From Octopus sinensis (taxonomy: Eukaryota): 64,000 nt of DNA. The notes beneath the pieces are model-generated. The model was not told where the DNA came from. It was given only the letters and a program-made list of their open reading frames with translations, and did no database searches. Both the position numbers and the translations under genes were made by a program. Where the stretch lies: contig NW_021831284.1 in assembly GCF_006345805.1 (NCBI RefSeq), positions 496,001-560,000 on the forward strand, in the 5' to 3' direction. Positions 1 to 11,899 of the stretch are shown piece by piece. Positions within the stretch are counted from its first letter, which is position 1, and each line of letters begins with the position of its first letter.

Positions 1-240
1 TTATTAATTTAAGTTAATTTTAATGGGATTGTCTATTGGATTGTTTAGATTTTCATATTTTTCTAAAGAATAAAAATTAAGCCGAAAAATCTCATTTGTT
101 AACTATTAGGAGCAGAAATTCTTGGAATATCTTCTCTTTATCAACTAACGAGGTCCGCCACGTGAATTCGTCCAAATAAGACTCCGACAAAGATCGCGAT
201 GTTCCTAAAATAAATTTACGAGTTTTACCAAATTGCGTCT

Positions 241-990
241 TTAGCATTCTCTTCGCTTGCATCCATGTGTTACAATATTTTGAGTATGGATGGAGCGGTC
301 CAAAGGGTCAACAAAATGCTCGGAGTGATTTATCACAGAATGTGAATAAATCACTCCTCCAATCTGCGCAATCCCATTATAGGCTGCCCAACCATCAGTA
401 ATGATATGGGTGCCGGGAAGTACGCGTCGAACGATAACTTCATTAAGTGTTTCCGCTGTTCTGTCTAAAAGATAAATGGAAAAAAGAACCTGCAACTTCT
501 TCAAATAAGCACTTTCTGGTTTCCCTGTCTATTCCACCCAATACCCAATGGCCTGGTCGCCAATGACCTCAATGGTACTTTATGTGAACAAATTTACACT
601 CGTCGATTTCCACTATCGACTCCTCTAAAAATTAAAATTAAATGAATTACGTAATGTATCTTCATTAACCATGAGTTTAAGGATCACTTACTGCAAAACC
701 AGCTGTTCGTTCTTATACTTCGAGAAGTATTGCATGGAATACATAACCAAATTGCGTTGTTCACGTTTCTTCTTGACTTGGATAAACGACAGCGTCTCTA
801 TTTGTGAGAATGTAGGTCTTACTTTACAGCGAACGCATTTCATTTTGTTAGAGATCAACCGCCTCTCTGCGCACCAAATTACATACTCTTCTATATTATC
901 GCCGAAGAGCCTGTTTAAAGACAATAACCGGTTATATTCCTGCATTATTTGCTCATCAGACTTGATTGCAGCCGCATCAACAATAGACAA
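241..990 (-). mobile_element. Merlin/IS1595 (ISXO2-like) DDE transposase, decayed
   Basis: Spliced translation gives IVEIDECKF...WVLGGIDRETRK...DRTAETL...PGTHIITDGWAAY...VINHSEHFVDP...IHTQNI, the ISXO2/Merlin motif series. It has in-frame stops and micro-introns at 465-489 and 625-650. Confidence 0.85.
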
Positions 991-1109
991 ACTTATTTAA
1001 AATTAAACAAATCCATTAAAATTAATTTAAATTAATAAAAAATGAAAAAATAATTAAAATCTATTGCTTATACGTCGAGATTTATACATTGACTAAAAGT
1101 GGAGATTAC

Positions 1110-1782
1110 TGGATTTTTGGAACGATGGGTGCACAGACGGTCAAATTTCTTTAGATGAGCAAGAGTCGGCCACAAAAACACATGACGTCTCAACGACAAT
1201 TGCCTAAAAGAAAAAGCGTTCGCAGAAATGACCGCACTTCGACAGTTTCGTTAATTCTGCCTTCTCAGCCGACGAACCGGGTCGACAAGAAGTGGAATTC
1301 AGGCTCCCTTTGCGAAAGAGTTATTTTATGATTTTTAAAAACAAAGCTTGAATTTTTATGTAATAAATTTTTACATATTTATACATAATTTGAATTCATA
1401 TTAATAATTGTTGTATATTTTATTTTATAATATTCAAAAAATAATAATTGATTTTTTTCGAAGAGATAGAAGCTAGTTATTAACTACCGTCTCGCGGGAG
1501 TGAGACAATTTTAGCGTAAAACAGCCAGCGAGATCCTCTGAATAAGGAATATAAATTCCTTGGGATTTTTGGAACGATGGGTGCACAGACGGCAAAGTTT
1601 CTTTAGATGAGCAAGAGTCTTAGCCCAGAAAACACAGGGAAGTCTCAACGGTAATTCCCTAAAAGCAAAAGCGATCGCACAAATCATCGTGCCGAAAGAA
1701 TTATTTTATGATTTTTAAAAACAAAGCTGAATTCTTATGTAATAAATTTTTACATATTTATACATAATTTTAATTCGTATTA
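1110..1782 (+). repeat. Diverged direct duplication (about 1110-1403 and 1562-1782), probably two retroelement 3' ends
   Basis: Both copies begin ggatttttggaacgatgggtgcacagacgg and end ttattttatgatttttaaaaacaaagc...atacataattt. The second copy lacks a central block of about 75 nt. Confidence 0.8.
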
Positions 1783-1875
1783 TTCACCAATGGTCCAACA
1801 TTAAAAAATCATTTTTCTTTTCTATTCAGCACATAGTATGCCAAATATTAATAAAATACAACATAAAAATTTATT

Positions 1876-3763
1876 TCATGAACATATAAACTGGTACAGA
1901 ATATCACGAATGTCCGAAATAAAAATACGACGATAATCATCAATTAAATGATTCCGCAATTCATTCTCTGCAATATTTTGGTATTTCTCAATAACATTAC
2001 ATCCCACTGGACAATTCTCCATTTCCAAAAACATTTCATTCACCCAATTTAAATGAATTCTAAAATCAAACTAACAGTACTCCGATACTCTTGTTTCAAA
2101 CATCCAAACAATTCACCAAGCACTCCACGAACCGACAAACAGTCCAAATGATAATTGTCATCAGTTAACTCAACACTCGCACGGTAATCCATCAACATGA
2201 AGCACTCATAAACAGTAAAGTCGACAGATGGATCACTCATGGGATGTCTAATCATTTTATTCACATAACCAACAAATTAATGATCATCAAATTCTCTGAG
2301 TTGATATTCCCATGCAAAAAACAATGTGAGTGAAATCGATTGACAACTCTCAACAGCTGCCAACAAAGATATACACCAAGAGCCAACAGTGCAGCCGGAT
2401 ACTCAATCAACACAAACAACTTAATCAAATACTTAAAATATACAAACCACAAAAAACCTTCAAAGTTCCTAAAATAAATGGAGATTTCCCAATCAACAGA
2501 AAACAGTTTTTCAAGGAATATAAACTAGAAAAAGAACTAAAAAACTCATTTCCATGACATTTCTCCACAATTTGTTGAGAAAAACGAAATTGTCTCAACC
2601 AATTAATATCCGTAAAAATCTAAAATCACGGAGAAAATATAACTGTGGCATGATAATAATTCTCGTTCTTATCCACCAAAGTCAACAAAAAAGCTGAATG
2701 TGATACAACTCGCTCTAAAATGTAAACATTTCCGTCTACAAATTAAAACAATTTATAAACCAAGAACGAAAGGAGAGCCATCAAAGGGATTCAGAAACAC
2801 ATCCAACTTTTTCATTCCGTGATCCACCTACAAATAATAACAACAATCAACAGCAAAGGCATAGTCCTCGTTTTTTTGTTCAAAAAAATCAGAGGGAATA
2901 TATAACTGTGTGGCATATTCTTCAAACGAAATGCGATCTTTTCCACGTTTCGACACAAAAATTTCAAGACAACAATTTTTTGATTGTATTTTAAGCCCTG
3001 ACTGTGGGTGGACTTGTTTTTTAATTTTCTTTAAACAATCATGCCAGTAGAATTCCTCAAAACAACCCACTCCAGGGATTTTAAACATATTCTTGTCAAA
3101 CTCCAATCTGACCCGAGGAGACTTCAAAGAACCAATCCGCGATAAAAAAGCCCTGCAATTATTTTGACTAAACGACTCACATTTTTTCATTATCAACAGC
3201 CTTAACTGGCCGAGATCCGGACTTTTTTGCCAAATCAAATACTTGCTCTGCGTTTTTCAAATCTCCCTTCTCCTCACAAAGTCTTGCCCAAGAAATGTAA
3301 AATTTGCTACACCTCTGACCCACTCCAAGGCGATGCAGAAAGGAATAAATCCTCATATCACGTGCCTTTGATATAATTAGTAATTTTAACGTAAAAAATG
3401 CACAAGTCGATAATCCGGATGTCCCCTAACCATTCTTTGTGGGGAATGTGCTCTATTATACATTCTTTACACTCATCAATGAATTCGGGGACGGGTATGA
3501 GTGATTTTAATGTCTCCAAATGTCTTAGAAATATTTTTAAAAGTTTTACTTCATCCAAAGAGCAAGAGGGTCGTTGCCTGTGTAGTTTTGGAGTGCTTGT
3601 TTTAGGTTTCTTGATAGTATGTTAAAATTAAGTATTTATACAGTTTTAAATTTAAACGTACGAGTTCTCTGAGTTGTTTATCTGTGTTGAGAATGGCATT
3701 TATTTCTTTTAATTCGTGTTTGCATGTCGAGATGTTGAGAGTACAACAAACAACACAAGGCAT
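1876..3763 (-). CDS. Compact BubR1/Bub1-family (MadBub) checkpoint protein with TPR domain and degenerate kinase
   Basis: The spliced N-terminus has YTGNDPLALW and IYSFLHRLGVGQRCSKFYISWARLCEEKG (Mad3/Bub1 TPR). The C-terminal lobe has LCWQLLRVVNRFHSHCFLHGNINSENL and NYHLDCLSV. Several 25-32 nt introns; the start codon is inferred. Confidence 0.8.
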
Positions 3764-4323
3764 TCTTTAATTTGCGGTATTTTATAAATAAATATCTTAA
3801 TTATTGTTTATTATAAAATTATATAAATAATAATATTGGATATAATCAAATTAATATATTTGCTAGTTGAAAAAACAATAATGATATCTAGGTTTGTTTG
3901 ACAGTCCAACATTACTACATGTGGTTTAATCAAATTCGAGGTTGAAAACTCGGGGAAAATAAAATAAACCTGTTTTCAGACAATAAAGGGAGATTTTACT
4001 TTTCTTGCGTGCTTCTAGTATTTATATTTTGTTATAAAATTTATAACATTGCCCATTCAAGTAAGAAAAATCTAACTAGAATGCAGGATACCTTGTGGAG
4101 TAGGATCCAATGAGAAACTGTCTTTATTGATACTGAAAAAAGGATGTTACAACTTAGAGACCATAAAAGGCAGTATCGGCTATATATTTATTCATTTAAC
4201 TTTATTCCTCTTGAAATTGAGAAGAATGGGGCACGAAGAAAACTGATTAAATATATTGTCGACTTAGAGAATTTTTTTTATCTTTATTAAAAAAGAAACT
4301 AATTAACTAAGTAATTTTTCTAA

Positions 4324-6640
4324 CTAAATCCAGAGCCTTCTGAGTGAGCTTTCTTCACCTTGACTATTTAATCTTTTTTTTAAATCTGGAATTAATTTCC
4401 GGGGAAACAGTTTGGCAATCCGCCAGGCTACATATCTACCATAAACATAATACTATTAAAAAATTAAATAAGTCAAAAAAAAATTTATGATAAAGAAAAA
4501 GAGAAGTTAACTAAATTAGATGAGTCGCCGAGCAAATGGACAGGCAAATTCCACGTAATATCGCGAACGATATCGTTTCACAACTGTCGTGACTTCTCCT
4601 CGAGATGATTAAACTAATTTCTGAGAGGAGTTTGAGAGCTTTTTGGCCAATTACCTCACTGGTTTCAAAAGCCAGGGGCCGAAGCAACAAATGTCAGTCA
4701 AAGAAGTTTCAGCAGGTCGGCGTGTAAGCGGATATCTTCAAGTATGTGCGAACAATATATATTATCCCATTCGTTATGGGGGCATCGGTATTCGCTCTTG
4801 TGATTTATCCCTTCCGTGTTACCTATCATCGTTGTCCGCTTCCACTAATTTTGTTAACTATGTTCTTTTTCTCTCTTCTGAACAGTGCGAGTTGTTGGAA
4901 TATGTGGCTGGTATCAACGAGTAAGTTTCTCGGGGGCTTAAAGTTTCGGACATTCCATCTTTTTAATCTTTTTAACTTGTTTTTAATAATTTTGGTAAAT
5001 TTTTGGTAGAGTATCTTGATAAAGTTATTTTACAGGTTATTTGTGTCCATTTGATTAATAATTCAATCTCAATTGAATGCATTTTTTAAATAATATGTCA
5101 CAGGCGCTGGGCATTACCAAGCGCTACGGGTTACCCAAGTGGATTCAGACGTGGAAATCCAGGCTATTCCATAGAGACCGTTTGCCACCTTGGACAAGCC
5201 CGTTCGAACAATACTACGGGGTCGCCAATGATCGTACAGATAAACTTGAGCAGAGACCCATGCATCATGACAATCAGAAAACAACACCGGTATATCGTCA
5301 ATAATGGAACCGGCCTCGAGGTTGGAAAGAACATGGGGTTGATATAAAAACCCTTTGTTGTTGATATAAAAACCCTCTCTTGTCGAGATTTCCCTCGGCG
5401 TGCTTCAGTTGTAAACTTGAGCATTTCGGAGGCTTGAGGATTCCTTTTGAGACCAGGACAAGTCTTTGGGGGTGTTTGCTTCGGTTTCCAAGAAGACTTT
5501 GCAGGTTTTGATTTTTGTGGGATTTGTTTCTTAGAAGAAGTGACAGTCTTTTTGTTACGCATATTGAGGCCAACCCACTTATGCCTTGACAGAGATTCAT
5601 TGTCAGTAGTCTCAAGGAGTGCGTCCAAAACTTGTTTGACGATAGTGAGGTAATGGGCCCTAACAGAGTCACGCATAGAGTCGAAGGGAACATTATACGG
5701 TTTGTCTAAGTCAGCCTGATGAAAAGGGCGTCGGGAAAATGTAGCGAAAAACCCAATATCGCCAATACTCCGATAACTATCGACTTGTTGGAAGAAAACA
5801 AATTTGGGAACAATCTTCTTATTTCTTCGAAGTAAGAAAAATTGTCAGTCTGGAACACAAAAAGAGAAATGTCCAAAGACCTCAGCGCTGGCTAGACGGA
5901 ATCACTTCAACTGATTTCATAATGGTTGGGTGGGTGATCCGAAAACGGGGCACTCGTGAACCGTCAAGAACATTCACGCTATCAAGTTTACATATAACAC
6001 TTATGTCTCTGAAATCGATATAAAATATGAAATCAAATGGGCATAAGCGTTTGAAAACCAAAGAATGTTAAAAAAAACATGTTCTAAAACAGAGGTGTTT
6101 CCTGACAGAAGTAAAAAGTCACATCTGGGAACGCTGAGAGATGGAACATGCACAAAATAATGGCCTCTAGAACAAGAGAGAAGATTAGAGTCACCGTATG
6201 GACCATTAATGCGGGAGGAATCATATCGGCAAGGGGATTTGGGTCGAAGGAATCAATTATGACCCTAATGTTTAAACGAAAAAGTTTTGAAATTTTGTCC
6301 AAGAAATCTTTAAAAGTATTGCCATCAACAATGGTCAGAGAGTATCGACTCAACTCGGGCGCAAAGGACGAAAAATCAATGTGGTGGTAATCTCGAGAGT
6401 TCATATGCATACTTTAAGCACGCAAGCAAGCAAAGATCGTCGACCTCAGAATTGAACCACCCCTCAGGGATCAACACAGTAAAAGAAACTGTGTCAGGCT
6501 GGCTTAAGCAACTTAAACCATCAGGGGAGATGTCGTTAGGGATTAAATTGACAGGAAATTTTCGTAAGATATTCTCCTTCATTCAAAAGAGCTCACCCTT
6601 GGATAAGGCTAATGAGTCACACATGACTTATTAGGCTCGT
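4324..6640 (-). pseudogene. Unassigned intronless gene family, copy 1 (broken; interrupted by other DNA at about 4480-5090)
   Basis: GC-richer stretch with ORFs 6376-6582, 6084-6410 and 5164-5676, stops and frameshifts. It shares motifs and a 3' tail with 57374-58521. Confidence 0.45.
4520..4930. mobile_element. CRE-clade non-LTR retrotransposon fragments in opposite orientations
   Basis: The + strand reads IRYGGIGIRSCDLSLPCYLSS, matching 33639 RWGGLGLRSCFDLALPAYLSS. The 4520-4620 part matches the minus-strand 3' tail at 37235-37330. Confidence 0.7.
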
Positions 6641-7689
6641 TGTCTACCATAGTTACTAAATAGCTCACAAAAACGCTAAACAAGGACGAACGCCATAATG
6701 AAAACTGCCTTGGTCTTACCATCATAATTTGTTGGATTGATTTATTTTGACAGTAATTTAATTTAATCTTTTCTCACCTTCACTTTTTATCTTATTTATA
6801 AGTTAATCTTCTTTAAATTCACTAGTGAAGTTCGGCCTTTATTGGGTCTAGCCTTGCTGAAATGTTTTTTTTTCTAGCCACTTTCTGGCCCTGGCTTCTA
6901 AATGATTTATTTATAGGTTGTCTGTGGCGAGTACAAATATAGATAAATCACTTCCATTGTCTTTGGAGCCTTACGTACGATTGCTTAAGATATGCTAAAA
7001 TTGATGCCACTCACAACATCACTTCTGAGTTTCAACCGAGACATCTTTTGGGTCATTCTGCGGTTCGAAAGGGGGACAACACGATTTGCAGAGATATATC
7101 TACTAAATTTTTCGATTTGCAGAGATATCTACTTGGTAAAATCCAAAAAAAATTCTAATTATATTATAATAAAATATTCGTTCTATTATAGTTAACTTTT
7201 TTGGGAAACCTAACATAATCGGATAACCACGTTACTATTCGTGATTTTTTTAATGTTGTGCATTGTTTTTATTCGTGAAATATATTTTCATATATTAAGG
7301 GTTAATTTGTATTAAAATTGATTAAATATAGTGTTGATTGATAGAATTTCTTATTATATTCGATATTCTATCATTGAATTGGTTTTATTTTCACATTAAT
7401 TTAGTCTTTTTTACATTTTAACCATTCAATATTTCTTGGATTTTTTACACATTTTTATTTCTTGCCTATTTTTATATTTATTACAATTTTACTGTATGAA
7501 AATTCAATAATTTCTATATTCTTGAAATATTTTTATTTTTTTGTTTTTTCTCAATATTTTTTTTTGAATGAGAATTTTGAAATGTTTTATGTTCCGAGTC
7601 GAGAATGAAATCGAGCCGAGACTGAAATTATGACAGCTGTCATCATTCCCAATCCTTGTCAAAAATAAGATAATCAAACTTGTAATCCG

Positions 7690-8075
7690 TCGACCAAGTG
7701 AGCGAAGGAAGGGAAGGGATTTCCCCCTGCTTGTATGGGAAGGTGGACATGCCGTCCCCTCTATCCAGTCCAACAGGTTCGAGAATTGACGGGACGCCGG
7801 CGGAAGCGAGGGCTCTCTGTATGATCGAGTTAAGTTCACTGTCAGCCCTACTCGGAGAGACATTGCGATTCTTAGGCATTCCTTGTCCACCAGGTTCCCT
7901 ATGGAAGGGAGAGCCTTTAACCAGGCGCCGCTGCCTTCACAGCGACCTGCACGGAGGCAAGCGACACGGTGTTGATTGGAGACGGGAAGGATGCCTTTGA
8001 AAATTGCCTGACATGAGATTTCGTCCCATTGACGCTGGACAGATTGAGACTTGGGCAGCTTCGAGCCAAACTGAG
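7690..8075. mobile_element. CRE-clade RLE-domain fragments
   Basis: The minus strand reads ELNSIIQRALASAGVPSILEPVGLDRGDG. The adjacent + strand piece FRPIDAGQIETWAA resembles the F.P.A.ET.G motif. Confidence 0.7.
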
Positions 8076-8079
8076 GCTC

Positions 8080-8460
8080 TCACCGACCACAGGCGGCAGA
8101 GTAATCGTCAGACAATTTCCGTTTGGGGAGGTTTCCTTTTTCTTTACACCATCTTGCAATCTTACCAATATGACCAAGAGTTATTTTCCATGATATTGAT
8201 TTGCTCATGGAAAGATCTATAAGTAAAATATCATCTTCATAAATGACCATCTCCATGTTAGGATGATCCACTTTAGGAATGCCACACATCTTAGAGTTAA
8301 ATAAAAGTGGATTGATGACACATCCCTGTGGAACTCCTCTTATAAGAGAAATTTTCCTCGACAATTGGTTTTCGACGCGTATGAATCTTTCTCTTCCCGA
8401 GAGGAAACTCTTCATCCAAAGTAAGACCGTCTTTTCATAATTATTTTTAACGTGGATCAT
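8080..8460 (-). mobile_element. LINE reverse transcriptase fragment (CR1/L2/Jockey-like)
   Basis: LLWMKSFLSGR...RGVPQGCVINPLLFN...IYEDDI (degenerate YADD). Confidence 0.85.
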
Positions 8461-8463
8461 TTT

Positions 8464-8880
8464 TTATAGCGCGATGTCAGTGTTATGAGTCAACAATTTG
8501 TTCACTTGAAACTGTGTTAATAATTTGTGAAACCATCCTTTCACCAAGAAATGTAACAATGTCTCTGCATTTGGTTTCCGAAGGAACAGAATGTCCATAT
8601 TTATTAAAAAAATCAATAATTGATGTATTTCGTAACTTATGAAGTGGAATATTTGCTGATAAAAATGCATTTGCAAGATCCACGGCAAAACAATCAGCAG
8701 TGACCTCATTTTTACTATGAGTATCCAAAGTATATCTGGGATTCTCAGAATATGCTTTTTAGAATGTCTGTGCTTATCAATAAACCATTGCTTATTAGCA
8801 GTTACGTAAGAATTAGATAATTTGCAGAATAATTCTGACCTGTTCTGAAATGATTTGATTATCGATAAAAGAGTTTCTTT
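8464..8880 (-). mobile_element. hAT-related transposase fragment (CGGBP1-like region)
   Basis: DLANAFLSANIPLHKLRN...FFNKYGHSVPSE is typical of CGGBP1-like/hAT transposases. Confidence 0.65.
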
Positions 8881-9458
8881 AATATAGAAAAACTCGCGTA
8901 GAAAAGTGGAGGAACATCAGAAAGCTCGGATCTATACTTGGCGACTCAGAAGATATTACTCGACGGAAAATCTTACTTAGCCAAAATAGCACTCAAAAAT
9001 TACAATCGATTTTATTGAGAACGTGCATTAACTAACTAACTTTCTCTTGATTTTGTTAATTTTACAGTTAACTTTTACAGTCTCAAATCTCAATTTATTT
9101 AATTTATACAAATTTAGATTGAGATATCCAGTGTTACTTCACTTTGATATTGATAATTGCGAAAAATGGAATTCAATGCGGCACATGGTCGGAAACAAAT
9201 TCCGCTTCCAACCTCGGTGTTTAGTTGACGTCGAGTATAGAAAGAGACCCAAGCGATCAGCCCTGCCTGTGTTTGCATATATCTTTAGACAAAGTAATCT
9301 TTACAATTGCTTTATTAAAACTAAACTTGGTTACATCTCCCTAATTCTTAATTTACTATCCTCCACTGTGAGTATTACATTTTTTGACATGACACAAGTC
9401 AAATTCGAATATAAATTTTATTATTTGAATAAATTATTAAATAATTGTGCACGTTAAA

Positions 9459-10302
9459 ATGAACAATGACATGGAAGCTTTGTATACTCTAGAAGAGTTG
9501 ACATATCTAATATTATTATAGAGGAGAGTGCCTCCCATCTTCCTCCAACGACTCGGAAAGCAGCACAGATTGGGTGGCCTTCACAAATTCTCTACGAAGA
9601 CATGACCAATACATTCCTCCTTCTCCCCCTGTCGAAGAGGACGACTGGAACATCCCCTCAATCCACCTCACCAACATCACCCTTCAATTACACCCAGTCG
9701 GACTCCTCCGTCTGTCCATCAACCCTATTTCCGCTACCGTGGAAGGGACGAGTGATACCCCTCCACTTGCAGAGGACACTGTCCTTCTCCTCCACAAAGA
9801 CACTCCTCTAGGCATAGTCAAAGAAATATTCGGCCTTGTTGAAAAGCCCTCCTATGTGGTCGGCCTGTGTGAGGAAGCCCTCGATCTGATTTCCCGTGGA
9901 ATAGTTCTCAACAACACACAAGTGTTCTGTGTCCCCCAAGACCCCACACTCACTCAATTTGTCTTCAATGTCGACTCCCTTAAACAGTCTCTTCTTGGAG
10001 GTCTATTTTAGAACACGTGGTTCTGACGCTTCTTGGATTGGGAACACTGAACCACCCCCACAGGTTGTTTTATTTAGTCTTATTTATAGCACTTGGACTA
10101 CTCTGACGACGAACAGGAGAAGTGTGCCCGACTCGAGTCTAAACTGGGAGTCACCAATGAGGAGGCTATACGAATTCGCCAACAAAGGAAACAGAGATCG
10201 ATCAATCGAAGAAAACCCCCCACTATGGGAATGTGGCCTCCTCCTTGGCGATATCCGCCACGATCTGGCTACCCTTACTATCCTTTCTATCCACCATTTT
10301 GA
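9459..10302 (+). CDS. NAF1: H/ACA snoRNP assembly factor NAF1
   Basis: PPLAEDTVL...LGIVKEIFGLVEKPSYVV...RGSDASWIGNTEPPP..DYSDDEQEK and a Pro/Tyr-rich tail. Removing introns 9497-9521 (25 nt), 9987-10011 (25 nt) and 10064-10089 (26 nt) gives one open frame. Confidence 0.92.
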
Positions 10303-10802
10303 TTTACTTTATTTTATAAAAGATTAAGACACAGTTGAAATGATTCTAATTTGTCTAACATTTGGAGTATTTCTCTCCTTAATGAACCACGTCTCATAGC
10401 TTGTCAAGTTTTGTAGGAATAAACTATTAAATCACCACAGCCTGTATAAAACTCATTTCTAAATAATTTTCCGAAAGACAAAAATACTCAAACACTCATC
10501 CCATTTAAGAAGTTGTACGTGGTCTTTCTATAGTCTTGTAAGAAACCAATTCTCTATCTATTATACAAGGTTTTTATTTTTCTTTATTTGTCATTGTAGT
10601 CTATGAATACGTTTATATTCTATCGACATGTCTTCAAAATCTTAGAGAGGATGTTGAAAAAATGGCATAAGCGGAATGTACAAGTTGCGGGGAAAGCGAT
10701 ATGTGTTAATAATAAATTAAGTAAATAAGCCCACAAAATAAATCAAAGGATAACAGTATTAGTCAAACTAACCCATTAAACCAAGAAGAGAGTCAATATG
10801 TT

Positions 10803-11625
10803 TTATTTCCATGTAGTATACCGCAAGTACTGTTTCTCAGATGGCAGAACCATTGTTCTAATAGCAGTAAAGCGGTTTATGGCTTCTTCATCACTCAGAG
10901 AAGGAATAATAATACAATCTTCACCTTGCTAAAAATATACTAAAGTAATTGTCAACCTTCCAATTAACTGGGGTGGCTAAGGCATGAACATCAGTCATAA
11001 TGACAGAATCAATCACTCGTAAGAGCTTACTAAAATATTAAAACTACATAAACCTAACATTCCTTCCAGTAGTAGCCGGATAGAGAATACTAAGTCTCAT
11101 TTTCATATCTTTATCAATCAAATAAACCTAAAGATTAGTAAAACCAAGCAAAAATAATTTAATATACCGCACGTGCCGGGAGAGTATTATTATCTGGGCT
11201 AATTTCTCGAGGGTCCAGCATCCCCAACTGGGTGACAATTTTTCTTTCGGAATCGTCTATTATAGGAAATGGCAAACTCTCTGTTGTTATATTTCCATGT
11301 GCAAGAATGTCCTAATTATTTGCTGTGGAATTTGAATGTACTTTAATCTATTCTCGGTGGCTCTCCACGGTATCACAGGACAGGCCAATTAGTTTGACAT
11401 TTCTTTGTTCAAATTCATTGACCTTTTTGCTAGTTCAGCTAATTCGGTCGTACAGACCGGAGTAAAATCTCGTGGATGTGAGAAAAATAAACATCAACTA
11501 TATTTATGTATAAAAGTATTACCTTGATCCAATAAAACTGTAAAGATCAAAATCACCCATTGTGGTCTGCAGTTGAAAATTTGGGAACTTGTCGGACAGA
11601 CGTTTAGAATTGAGGGTGTTATTCA
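10803..11625 (-). pseudogene. PRDX6: 1-Cys peroxiredoxin (Prdx6) unprocessed pseudogene
   Basis: FSHPRDFTPVCTTEL, KLIGLSCD, LPFPII, YPATTGRN, ATPVNWK, with five micro-introns retained. Lesions: TGA at 11494-11496, TAG at 11348-11350, a 1-nt deletion in the run at 11424-11428, and no in-frame ATG at the expected start. Confidence 0.88.
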
Positions 11626-11899
11626 AAAAATTATAATTATTATAAAATCAAATAAATTAATATTTTATAACGTGGTTTTTTTTTCTTGGTTGTATAACAT
11701 CTTTCATATTAATGATAGTTTACAGTAATGATGGCATACGTTTCCATTGAGTTTATTAAGTTACTGATTAATATCAGTTAGTTCTCGATATAAAACTACA
11801 TTTTTAACCTATGATGACTAACGATGGTCTACTATGATAATGATGACCTGTAATATGACTGAGGCTATATTGAATTAGAGCACTTTTTAAGTAATTTAA

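Noticed and set aside
9047-9457. 136-aa ORF upstream of NAF1
   Set aside because: It is AT-rich with no ATG start and no family motif apart from a tiny RT-like remnant (VGNKFR); likely spurious.
11239-11243. A second homopolymer frameshift in Prdx6
   Set aside because: On recount the frame reads DSERKIVTQLGMLDP without interruption.
11494-11496. TGA in Prdx6 as selenocysteine or a variant genetic code
   Set aside because: It is at a Trp position, not the catalytic Cys. The gene has other lesions, and neighbouring genes use TGG for Trp and TGA as stop.
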